Below are positions 12,964-24,471 of a stretch of DNA of 64,000 bases, one piece after another. The notes beneath the pieces are model-generated. The model saw only the letters and a list, made by a program, of their open reading frames with translations, was not told the DNA's origin and made no database searches. A program made the position numbers and the translations under genes. The number at the start of each line of letters is the position of its first letter. The first letter of the stretch is position 1. The DNA is from Eledone cirrhosa. Lineage: Eukaryota. Location of the stretch: positions 346,208,001-346,272,000 of the forward strand of contig OZ024742.1 of the NCBI GenBank assembly GCA_964016885.1. The letters run 5' to 3'.

Positions 12964-13370
12964 TTATACGCTATTCGCTACACTGCATACTCCAGCAGAG
13001 ACTAATTTCAATACATACATATACACACACATACATCACACATACACACACACATACATACACATGAAACAAATGCCAACTGTTCCATACTATTCAGGGT
13101 AGTTGAGCTTCAACTGCAGCCCATTTGTAATGTCAATGATTTGATTCTAGATTCAAGTTTACAAACATAATTTCAATGTGAGTGTCATTTATATGTCAGG
13201 AACATTTGATGTACAACGAATTGAAGAATGACTAGTCAAAGCCATTACATTTCAATACCATTTGTCCCTATCATTCTAGGTTCTGATTCGGCACTTGTAA
13301 AAGTAAACACATATCATGAAATGTATGTATATATATATATATATATAGATAGATAGAGAGAGAGAGAGAG

Positions 13371-13485
13371 AGATGAAATCGAAAATGTAACTGGAGTCTT
13401 ATTTTTTAAAAAACCGGTAAAGGAACCAAATAAATATATATATATTTTTTAAAATAAGACTCCAGTTGCATTTTCGATTTCATCT
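13371..13485. repeat. Short fold-back (~40-bp arms)
   Basis: AGATGAAATCGAAAATGTAACTGGAGTCTTATTTT vs AAAATAAGACTCCAGTTGCATTTTCGATTTCATCT. Confidence 0.8.
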
Positions 13486-13577
13486 TTTTTTCTTTATACT
13501 TTCACTCGTGTAGGACACCTCGGTTATTTTTCATTTTGTAAAAAAACCTCACTTTCTAATATATATATATATATATA

Positions 13578-14345
13578 CGAGGTGTGTCAGAAAAGTTCCC
13601 GGACTGCTGTCACAAAAGATTTATTTCAAACCCAAACTTCACCATAAGAGTTTTCTCCTTCAAAGTAATCCCCCTAAAGTATGTAACTGTGATCTTAGCT
13701 CTCTGCAGCGATCAAACTTTTTTCTTCATAATTTTATATACATGTCCTCTGTTTCAGGTCGTCAAGCAATGAGCACGTGTTTTTGAGTGGTGCAAGATGA
13801 CCCCAGGAGCGGAAGGCCCTCAACAACCAGGACTGGGGTCAACGTTGAGCGCGTCAGGCAGAAGGTGCGTAGTGATCGTCGGCCGACTGTTCGACTGATT
13901 GCAAATGAGCTGGGCAGGAACCGGGACAGCGTCTGGAAGATTCTCACTGAAGATTTGGACATGCGCGAAGATGGTGCCAAAACTGCTGAACGGTGACCAG
14001 AAGGGTCGACGCATGCAAGTGTGCCAGGACATCCTCGGGCGTCTTTAAACCGAATCAGACTTGCTAGGGACAGTCATCACCGGTGATGTTTCATGGATCT
14101 TCGAGTACGACCCGGAGGGGACCCGTTTTGAAAACGTGGACGACATCAAAAAGGCCGTGACGACGGTACTGCGGAGGATCCCGGTAGAATCCTTCCAGGA
14201 GTGCATGCAAGCGTAGCAGAAAAGGATGGAAAAGTGCATTAGACTCCAGGGGGATTACTTTGAAGGAGAAAACTCTTAGTGTGAAGTTTGGGTTTGAAAT
14301 AAATCTTTTGTGACATCAGTCCTGAAACTTTTCTGACACACCTCG
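13578..14345 (+). mobile_element. Internally deleted mariner transposon
   Basis: About 65-bp TIRs (CGAGGTGTGTCAGAAAAGTT...) and TA on both sides. Transposase remnants: DDPRSGRPST HTH region, VITGDVSWIFEYDPE joined directly to GTRFENVDDIKK...QGDYFEG, so most of the catalytic core is deleted. Confidence 0.92.
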
Positions 14346-14392
14346 TACACCACATATACATACACACATAAACTCATACACATACACACATA

Positions 14393-14997
14393 CATTGTGG
14401 CTGCGAACTCGGTTTCGAGTACGGCCACTACTTTATATCCATGTAGGAGAACCCCTACCGATGCGCTGAACGAGTGTGACTTTTTAGTCCAGCCAGCGAC
14501 TTGAAAACTCTGGCACAAACACTACACTTGTGACAATTATTGACACAGTGTACATGGTACTATGTGACGACAAGTGCAGAGAGATCTCCAGATACAAAGC
14601 AATGCCTGTGCCGTGAAGCTTTTATAGTGAGCAAAGGCACTGCACAAAGCCAGTCCCACTCTCTTAACCAAGATGATATTTACCAAAAAGAAGAACAAGT
14701 CAACATCATTGGATACCATCAGGTTTGCAGGTGTTATATCAGAGTTTTCCTTCTCCTAGAATTCTGCCTTGACAAAGGCTAAGGGGTCATATCACCCGGT
14801 GATATTGGATGGCCATTGACTCTTAAGAGCTCCTCTGCCCTTTGACAGGTTTTGTTTTTAGTCCTGCAGGATGTCCAAAGTCACCCTCCTCACCAAGAAA
14901 CCTTGGTGGGGTTGCCAGTTTAGTCGCCAACGACGCGACCATGAGACAGGTTGTACTGGGATACATGTTACCAGTAGCACCAAGTGGTGACCTGACA
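14393..14997 (-). mobile_element. Non-autonomous bipartite RTE derivative (5' UTR + 3' tail)
   Basis: Homologous to 18265-18806. Has the RTE-type 5' UTR motif CTAGGAGAAGGAAAACTC and ends in GGCCGTACTCGAAACCGAG..GCAGCCA + (TATG)-like tail. Confidence 0.72.
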
Positions 14998-15062
14998 TAT
15001 ACATACATACATACATACATACATACATACATACATACATACATACATACATACATACATAC

Positions 15063-15175
15063 ATGATGATGGCTGCCCCCTCGTTATCAAGTATGGCATT
15101 GCACGATATACCATTATTAATACATACATACATACATGATGGCTGCCCCCTCGTTATCGAGTATGGCCATTGCAC
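15063..15175 (-). mobile_element. Two tandem RTE 3' tails
   Basis: GCAATG(G)CCATACT(C/T)GATAACGAGGGG(G)CAGCCATCAT + (GTAT)n twice. TATCGTG overlap suggests continuity with the RTE 3' UTR at ~15576. Confidence 0.7.
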
Positions 15176-15202
15176 AACAAAAAACAAAAAAAAAAAAAAA
15201 AA

Positions 15203-15254
<52 letters not shown>

Positions 15255-15265
15255 AAAGGGAAAAG

Positions 15266-15300
<35 letters not shown>

Positions 15301-15420
15301 TACATATATATATATATACACACATACATACACACACACATACATACATATACATACATATATACACACACACATACATACACATACACTCACACATATA
15401 TACACACATACATTAATAAC

Positions 15421-15460
<40 letters not shown>

Positions 15461-15539
15461 GCAATAATAATAATAACGACAACAACAATAATAATATACA
15501 TATTCATATATATATACACACACACGCACGCACATAAGC

Positions 15540-15577
<38 letters not shown>

Positions 15578-15585
15578 GATAGCAA

Positions 15586-17195
15586 CTAACAGTGCTGCGA
15601 TCGAATGTGGCTTTTTAGCCCAGCCAATGATCTAAAATGTCTTGCACAGAGTCGGCAACCAAAACATTTACTGGGAATAGTCGGCTGTGGTTGGAGTTCG
15701 TGTACTTTTGCATGTCGCTTGAGTCCTCCTGCTGATTTACATTCTCTACCACATGTTTGGCAAGCATGATGAGTAGCATCTCCAACAGCAGCCTGGTAGT
15801 CAACCACTGGTCTTACTTTATGACTGCGAAGATGACTTTCGAGTCCAGCTTTGCTTAGGCAGAGTCTCGCACAGACGCTGCATGTCAGAAACATAGGAGG
15901 ACCCTCGCCGTCTGGAAGTGCAACAGCAATACCCTTCCTCACGTCCCGCTTTACTTTCTCGTGTGCGATTCGAGATGCCTCAAAGGCAACTTTTCCCTCA
16001 TATACAGTCTTTCTCCATTTATTACGATCAGCAGCAATATTTTCCCATGTATCAGCAGAGATGTTAGCGTCTCTCAGAGAGGCTTTCAAGGAATCCTTAT
16101 ACCTCTTTTTTGGTTTATGTGGCGGTCGTTTTCCTTTAACCAACTCTCCATAGAAGAGTTGTTTTGGTATTCTAGAATCCTTCATCCTGGCAAGGTGACC
16201 ACTCCAACGGAGTCGCTGCTTAAGCACAAGAGCTTCTATACTGTCACACATAGAGCTTTCCAAAATCTCGACATCACTGATGTGGTCCCTCCAGCGAACG
16301 CCATGTATCCGTCTGAGACACATCTGATGGAAACGCTCCAATTGCCTAAGGTGGCGTCGATATGTGACCCAGGTCTCGCAGGCATAAAGAAGACAAGAGA
16401 GTACACATGCCCTGTACACCTTTACCTTTGTCCTCCTGCATATGTCTCGCCGACCCCAGAGTCGCCTTTCTAGCTTTCCGAAAGCATCACTTGCTTTCCT
16501 AATCCTAAGTGAGATTTCACTGTCAAGGTTGCCGTATCGATTGACAGTGCTTCCCAGGTAGACAAACTGATCAACCACTCCAAGTCGTTTGCCATACACA
16601 TAGATGTTTGGTTCAGTGTACTGCCTACCAGGTGCAGGTTGGTACATGACGACGGTTTTCTTGAGACTGACAGTCAAACCCAGGGCAGTGCAAGCGTCAG
16701 AAAATACATTCAAAATGTGCTGCATATCACTCTCTGTGTGCGCTACAAGATCGCAATCATCTGCATACAAGAGGTCTCTTATGACTGATGTAAATACTTT
16801 TGTCTTCGCAGCAAAGCGCCTGATGTTAAATATGCTGCCTGAGGTTCGATATCGGATGTAAACACCATGCTCGCAATTCCTGAATGCAATACAGAAAACC
16901 ATTGCAAAGTATATGGCAAACAGGGTCGGTGCTGGAATATCCCCCTGTTTCACTCCATTTTTTACTGAGATAGGCTCCGACATGTTACCTCCGACATTAA
17001 CCCAAGCATTCATGTCGTCATGGAAAGACCTAACTAAAGCAAGGAACTTATCAGGGCAACCAAGTTTCTGGAGAACCTTCCATAATGCATCTCTGTTGAC
17101 AGTATCGAAAGCCTTTGTCAGATCGACAAAAACCTGATACAGATCCAAGCCCTGTTCAATGCACTTCTCCCGGAGCCGTCTAGCTGAGAAGATCA
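15586..17195 (-). CDS. 5'-truncated RTE (BovB-like) LINE reverse transcriptase with three C-terminal C2H2 zinc fingers
   Basis: IFSARRLREKCIEQ, FVDLTKAFDTV, GVKQGD, LLYADD, FVYLGS, LLYACETW, RLRWSGH, PKQLFYGEL; three CxxC-x12-HxxxH-type fingers. The annotated N-terminal ~33 aa are (TATG)n artefact. Confidence 0.93.
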
Positions 17196-17937
17196 TATAC
17201 ATACATACATACATACACACACATATATATACACACACATACACCATAGATACACACATACACATACATACACACAAATATACATATACATACATTCATA
17301 CATACACATACATACATATACACATACACGCACACACATACACCACACACATACATGCATACAGATTCACCTCACACATACACCTCACACATACACCTCA
17401 TACATACACCTCACACATACACCTCACACATACTCCACACACATACATACACCTCACACATAAACCTCACACATACATACGTACATACACTCACACACAC
17501 ACACCACAGATTACTACGTATATTTTCACACGTGTTCTCACAACTATACACAACTTTCACACACACACATACACATACACACACTCAAACACACACACCG
17601 GTACGTATATTTTTACACGTGTTCCCACAACTATACATAACATTCACAGATATAAACATGTAAATGCAGCAAGACACTGCGCCTTTAGCTGTAACTCCTA
17701 CTTTGCTATCTTTAACTCGTCCCTAAGCCAATCTCACCATGCCATTCACTACATGCTCGGTTCCATTCCACGAAACCTTTTCAGTTTTTCGTCTTTTTTC
17801 CTTAATCTTTCGTTCTTCTTATTTGCTCTGCTCTTCTTTGAAGATAGACTGCAGCCCGAAACGTAATCCTTCTAACGTTAATTAATAATGACAATTGTAG
17901 TTGTGTTGTTTGTTTATTTTAAACGTCACCCCATCCC

Positions 17938-17982
<45 letters not shown>

Positions 17983-18264
17983 TGTGTGTGTGTTCGTGCG
18001 TGTGTGTATGTGTAAAGAGAGATATAGAAAGGGAGAGGCACTCATCCACATATACACATATATACACACATATATATATATCCGCATTTACATACGTACA
18101 TATATATATATGCATTCAACCATATATACATGTATGTTTGTATATATACTAATGTGTATATTATATATGTATTATACATGTATGTATGTATTGTATATGT
18201 ATGTATGCCTGTATGCCTGTATGTATGTATTATGTATGTATGAATGTATGTAAATATGTATGTA

Positions 18265-18806
18265 TGCCGGGTCACTCTTGAGTGCTAGTGGTAACATGTA
18301 ACCCAGTACAACCTGTCGTATGGTCGGGTCGTCGGCGACCAAACCGGCAACCCCACAAAGTTTACTAGGTGAGGAGGGTGATTTTGGGCACCCTGCAGGA
18401 CAAATAACAAAACCTGACAAAAGGCAGAAGAACTCATAAGAGTCAACGGCCATCCGAAAGTGTGTAAATATGTATATACATATGTACCGCGCGGTTAAAC
18501 CACTGGGAGTGAAGGACCCCTAGCCTTTGTCAGGGCATTCTTCTAGGAGAAGGCAACTCAGGAAACTGGGATAACTCCGACATAAAACCTGCAGCTCAGT
18601 AGTTACCGATGATGTTGATCTTTTCTTCTTTTCGGGTTATAGCTACTGTCGCTCAGAGAGTGGGATTGGCTCAGTGCACAGTCTTTCCTCACTTTAAAAA
18701 AATATCTTCACGCTCAGGCATTGCACGATAGAATTAATAAATAATTATTAATAATGTTATATCGTGTAATGGCCATACTCGATAACGAGGGGGCAGCCAC
18801 CATTAT
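18265..18806 (+). mobile_element. Non-autonomous bipartite RTE derivative, copy 2
   Basis: Starts right after (TATG)n, shares the structured leader and CTAGGAGAAGG motif, and ends GGCCATACTCGATAACGAGGGGGCAGCCA + (TATG)n. Confidence 0.75.
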
Positions 18807-18875
18807 GTATGTATGTATGTATGCATGTATGTATATATATGTATGAATGTATGTATACATATATATATATGAACG

Positions 18876-18959
<84 letters not shown>

Positions 18960-19074
18960 TGTATGTATATATATATATATGAATGTATGTACGTTATTCC
19001 GGGTTGAATCGGAGGTAACCACAGTAAGTAAGGTACTCAATACATAGCAGAGTATAACAGTTTTAATATAGATG

Positions 19075-19125
19075 AGATTCTACAGGACTAGAACTGTTTC
19101 ATTCATTAGAAATCATCAGGAATCT
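19075..19125 (-). ncRNA. Type I hammerhead ribozyme (family F5; degenerate copy ~38761-38805 -)
   Basis: AGATTC-CTGATGA-t-TTC-taat-GAA-t-GAAA-CAG-ttctagtc-CTG-TA-GAATCT; perfect 6-bp stem I, GUA cleavage triplet. Confidence 0.82.
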
Positions 19126-19252
19126 ATGTATGTATATATGGATGAATGTATGTATATATATATATATATATATGAAGGTATGTATGTATATATATATATA
19201 TGAACGTATGTATGTATATATATATATGTATGTATTTATGAATGTGTGTATG

Positions 19253-19331
<79 letters not shown>

Positions 19332-19819
19332 GTATGTATATATATATATATATTATATATGAATGTATGTATGTATATATATATATGAACGTATGTATAT
19401 ATATATATATATATATATGAATGTATGTATACTATTATACAGGATTGATATTATCACTGCTATATGAGGCTCTAAATATCTTTTTTACCTTACTGTAATC
19501 ATTGGGGGAGTAATTCAGTCATTTTTGGAAATCTTACAAGTTGAAACTATAGTGTTAATCAACAAACTTAAGAGAGACGTGACATTCATATGATATATTG
19601 AATATTATTTGGAGGATCGCATATCTTTCCGACAAACACCCATAAGTATCCAGCGCTGCCAAACAAATTACTTTTTCTTTATAGCCGTCATCTATGATTT
19701 ACTGTAAATAACATTGTTTTTCTACAGATTTAGAACTCTACGAATCTCTCACAAAATAATAATAAAAGACGAAATTTTTTCGAGAAGATTTAACAGTGTT
19801 TGTTGCTTTATTATTTGTT

Positions 19820-20985
19820 AACCTGGGCGGGATTTGAACTCAGATCATAAATGTCCGTAACTCTTTGCTGCAAAGCATCGGTAGAGGGTCGGATGCCATG
19901 CTTTGCAGCAAAGAATTACGGCCCTTTATGATCTGAGTTCAAATCCCACCGAGGTTAACTTTGCCTTTTATCCTTACGGGGTCGATAAAATTAATTACCA
20001 GTAATACACTGGGATAATTGCTGGCCTTGTGCCAAAAGTAGAAACAATTATTTTTTGCTGTAATAAGGGTGGTGGATTGACAGTAATCACTAGAGCGTCT
20101 GGCCACATGCTTAGCTGCATGGAGTTACAGCCTTTTACATTCACCGAGGTTAGCTTTGCCTTTCATCCTTACGGGGTCGATAAAATAAAGTACAAGTATT
20201 GCACTGGGGTCGATTTATTGGACTTTCCTCTCCCTCAAAATTGTTATTAAGGGCGGTGGACTGGCAGAATCGGTAGAGGGTCGGACACCATGCTTTGCAG
20301 CATAGAGTTACGCCTCTTTATGATCTGAGTTCAAATCCTGCCAAGGTTAACTTTGCCTTTCATCCTTACGGGGTCGATAAAATAAAGTACCAGTAATGCA
20401 CTGAGGTCGATTTATTAGACTTTCCTCTCCCTCAAAATTGTCAGCCTTGTGTCTAAATCAGAAACTATTATTAAGGGCGGTGGATTGGCAGAATCGGTAG
20501 AGCGTCAGACAACATCATTAGCGGCAGCAGCCGACCATTGAAAACCAAATCCGGCAACTCTGTCTACAGCGGGTTGGCCACGATTGAAGGATGTGCACTG
20601 GAAGATTACCACACCAACAAGAAGAAGAAATTTTTAGTTTATTTGGCAATTGGAAGACTCGTCATGGAAACCAACGCCGGTTTACTGTGGATGCAGCGTG
20701 GTCGAACGGTTCACCAGTACGCTTCGAAATCGTATGGTCTCGAGTTCAATTCCACAGTTACATCTTTAGCAAGTGTTATTTACTATAATCAAGGGTGGTG
20801 GTTTGGCAGTATCAGTAGAGGGTCGGATGTCATGCTTTGCAGCATGGAGTTATGCACCTTTATGGTCTAAGTTCAAATCCCGCCGAGGTTAACGTTGCCT
20901 TTCATCCTTACGGGGTCGATAAAATAAAGTACCAGTAATGCACTGGGGTAATTGCTGGCCTTGTGCCAAAAGTAGAAACAATTAT
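19820..20985 (+). mobile_element. Cluster of tandem SINE family A copies (other clusters ~7345-7495, 8650-8795, 12375-12575, 32105-33120, 36290-36425, 41395-42000, 58830-59000)
   Basis: Repeated GAGTTCAAATCCC / GCCTTTCATCCTTACGGGGTCGATAAAATAAAGTACC. Confidence 0.85.
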
Positions 20986-21564
20986 TTACTATAGTCTTGG
21001 GTCTATCCAGGCCTTCTGAGTGAAGGTAAACAGAAACAGATAAGAAGCCCATCGGATGGACTGCACCTGTAATTGAAAGGGTTAGCATTGTCACACAACA
21101 TAACACGCTGAATCTCCCTGAGAATTACGTTAAGGAAACAAATATCTGTAGAATATTAAGCCAGTTGTAGGTTAATTTCACGAGTAGGTTGTTCTATTGT
21201 TCGAACAACTGGATTACGCATCGCCGATACCGACGAAATCCATTGTATTCAATCTTACATTATTTAATGCATTGATCCTTTTTAACACAAAATGTTGTAA
21301 TTTGAGAGCGAGTTAGTTGGGGGGGGGGGGGGGGTTTAATTTTATCGAGTCCCTTTTTCTATTAAATATATTTTTTTAGCTATGGTTTTATGTCAACTAT
21401 ATTTTACAAAAGGAAGTTTTAAAATGGAGGAAATATTAAAAACAATTTTCAATGAGATCAGCGATCGCATAATGATACGATTTTGAAATGTTTATGGAGG
21501 ACATATTAACAGACATTCAATAGCTAATTTTTTCAAAGTTATTTTTATATTAATCATATCTCTA

Positions 21565-21800
21565 AATGTGGTTAGAGTGTTCTAGTCACGAACAGAAGTT
21601 CGACGGCCGACCGTACGTTGTGTCTTTGAGCAAAACAGACATTTTATTTCATGCTGCGCCTCTTCACTCGGATGTACATGTAACTCAGACCTTGTTACAT
21701 ACTATACCGAGCTGAGAACTACGTTAAGAGCACATGTTTCTGTGGAATGCTCAGCCACTTTCACGTTAATTCCACGCAAATGCTGCTGATCGTTGACCAG
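21565..21800 (+). mobile_element. SINE family B (other copies or fragments ~7760-7950 -, 21110-21240, 34500-34645 -, 42100-42245 -, 56490-56620 -)
   Basis: GTGGTTAGAGTG head, (C/T)TTGAGCAA.AC..TTTATTTCA core, 3' body GTCTGTGGAATGCTCAGCCACTT..ACGTTAATT. Confidence 0.65.
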
Positions 21801-21939
21801 TCTCGAACGAGCCCGAAGGTTCTGGTCTGGCTGAGGAAAACTCTGTCAGAAGTATTCATGTGTGTGTGTGGGGGGGGGCAATAGTTATCATTGTGTGTGT
21901 GTCTGGTGATTTTTGGTGTGTTGTTTAGCTACCTCCAAA

Positions 21940-22460
21940 ACAGGTGTACTTGACTCAAACACATGACATGTATAGGACAAGCATGTGTACGGAGAGAAGA
22001 CGATGTCTCGCTCAGGGGTTTTCGAGTGGCACAAAAGGTTCTAACAGGGATGCGAGGATGTGAGGCGACCCTGAGGAGCTGAAGGCCTTCAACGAGATGG
22101 ATTGAGTATGTGATGCAGGTGATGGGTTTAATCGTTAGCTGGCTGTGACTGTTTGACTGATCGCAACTGAGCCAGACCTGTCAACTCTCCCCGTCTGACG
22201 GGGAGATCGCCCACTCACTTTAGGGTGGGTGAGAGATGTCTTCTCTTGTGAAAATTATGTAAAATCTCCCCATTTTGCCTCATTTTTCCTTGTTTGGGGG
22301 CACTTTTTTCTCATGGCACTCCCCGTTTGGGTTTTTAGAGGTTGACAGGTATGTTGAGCTGGGCATGAACAGCGACAGTGTTTGGAAGATTATCACCGAA
22401 TATTTGGACATGGGGAAGACCTGCTCGAAGATGGTGCTGAAGCTGTTGATTGATGACCAA
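21940..22460 (+). pseudogene. Degenerate mariner transposase fragment interrupted by a MITE
   Basis: MSRSGVFEWHKRF*, LIATE|LGMNSDSVWKIITEYLDMGKTCSKMVLKLL; similar to the 13.8-kb mariner. Confidence 0.8.
22173..22353. mobile_element. 181-bp MITE with ~6-bp target-site duplication
   Basis: TIRs CAGACCTGTCAAC / GTTGACAGGTATG; flanks CTGAGC (22167-22172) and TTGAGC (22354-22359); removing it restores the mariner frame IATELGMN. Confidence 0.8.
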
Positions 22461-23249
22461 GTACGAACAACTGGAAAAAGTTCTCAACGAAAAGATAAAT
22501 CTCTAAATTCAGAATTTTATATTTGAACAGATTTTGAAAACAATGAAGGAATAAAGCAAAGGCGATATTTTTTGTAAAATTAAATACATTAAATTAAGCC
22601 AGCAAATTAAATTTTAAGTTATATAATTTAATTTAAAAAATAAATTTTGAAAACACTGCATTTTATTTTATTGTAAAGTTCCAAGATCATGTAATTGTCT
22701 CGTTTATTTTTATAACTAAGTTGCTTTTGTTTTTTTCAATCTGGCGTCAGCTTATTTCAGACTATGAATTCCAAGAAGCAGAGTGACTGTTTCTGGTTTG
22801 TACACGTGTGTATGTGTATGTGTGGATGTGTATGTGTATGTGTGTATGTATATGTGTGTATATGTGGGTGGGTGTGTATGTGTGTATATGTGTGCGTGTG
22901 TGAGGGCGTGTATGTATGTATGCGTGTGTGTGTGTGTATATTTGTGTGTGTATGTGTGTGTATATGTATGTGTATATATGTGTATGTATGTGTGCGTGTA
23001 TGTATGTATGTGTGTGTATATATGTATGTGTATGTATGAGGTGTGTGTTTTTCAGTTTTGCTTCATTTTTCACTTTCGGGAAAGAGAAGTTGCTGGTACA
23101 TCCCTTAATTTATTCTCCCTTCAGACTTTAAATTATATTCCTTTCAAACCAGAAAAACTTGCAATGTACAAAGTGAAATATTGTTATCCAAAGGGAATAT
23201 CATACCAGTGTGTTGAAAATGTAGAAACAGAGCCTAATAGTATTTGTTA

Positions 23250-23515
23250 TCCCACCGCAACCTGGTGCGGTCTGCGACTAACCCAAATTCTGCTGGACGT
23301 CGGGTTGAGGGGGCCAAACTCTTCAAATACCTGTCGCTCTCCGACAGGTTTGCAGTTGTACTCTTGGCAGTGGAGACTTCTGGTGTCCTTGACCCTAGGG
23401 CTACCTCCCTACTCACCACCATAGGCGCTGAGCTGGCCAGCCGCAGTTGTGAGCCCCGCGAGTTGGAGTGGCTTTTCCAGCGCGTCTCCCTTGCCGTCCT
23501 CCGAGGCTGTGGGGA
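23250..23515 (+). pseudogene. CRE-like non-LTR retrotransposon restriction-like endonuclease C-terminus (other fragments 33445-33580 - and 41120-41345 -)
   Basis: EGAKLFKYLSLSDRFAVVLLAVETSGVLDPRATSLLTTIGAELASRSCEPRELEWLFQRVSLAVLRG matches the ETxG...LFQRxSxAxxRGN C-terminal motif. Confidence 0.7.
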
Positions 23516-23862
23516 GACAAGCCGATTATATTACGAATTCTGTTGAATAGTCTTAAATACTGCAGTCTCTGCCTAAGTTAATAGAAACAGTTAACCGCTG
23601 CCTCCACTCCACCTTTACATTAATAACTGCCATCACTACCAATAATACTTGTTATCCAAAGGGAATATCATGCCTGTATGTTGGAAATATAGAAACGGGG
23701 CCTAACATTACTTGTTATTCAAGGTCATCGGTTTAATTTTGTTGGTGGTGATTCGAGGATAACTGTCTTTCTATCTCTCTCTCCCTCTCTCTCTCTATAT
23801 ATATATATATGTGTGTGTGTGTGTATGTCTCTATCTATTTCTCTCTCCCTCTCTCTCTCCCC

Positions 23863-23898
<36 letters not shown>

Positions 23899-23931
23899 GT
23901 CTCTATCTATCTATCTACATCTCGCTCTGTC

Positions 23932-23995
<64 letters not shown>

Positions 23996-24182
23996 ATTAG
24001 AAACGGAGAATCAGTGTTGCGACGAATAAAATTTGTTAGACATATTACAATCGTTTCTCTGGCGACCAGCTCGAGGCACGATCGATGTAATGATCGAACC
24101 TGACTCTGAAATCGTAAGGTCCTCAGATACATCTCGATTCTACGAAGCAGACGGACGCTTTAAGCATCCCACACCAATTATA

Positions 24183-24243
<61 letters not shown>

Positions 24244-24248
24244 TTATA

Positions 24249-24279
<31 letters not shown>

Positions 24280-24471
24280 TGTTATACTTGTGTAATATTG
24301 CCAGAATTAATAACAGAACACACTCACTGTTTAGTTGGTTTTCGCTTCTCGCTTCTGTGTCTTTTATATCGGTAATCTAACTTACTCGGTCCTCAATGTT
24401 GCCATTGACTGACCGATAATGACAACCCCTTAGAGAAACTATTTTTCAACCCAGCTGACAAAACATATAAG

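Noticed and set aside
12584-13102. 172-aa ORF with poly-Lys
   Set aside because: Poly-K comes from (GAA)n; only a short weak RTE-like stretch (GIQPHQFEMVASDRD), insufficient to call.
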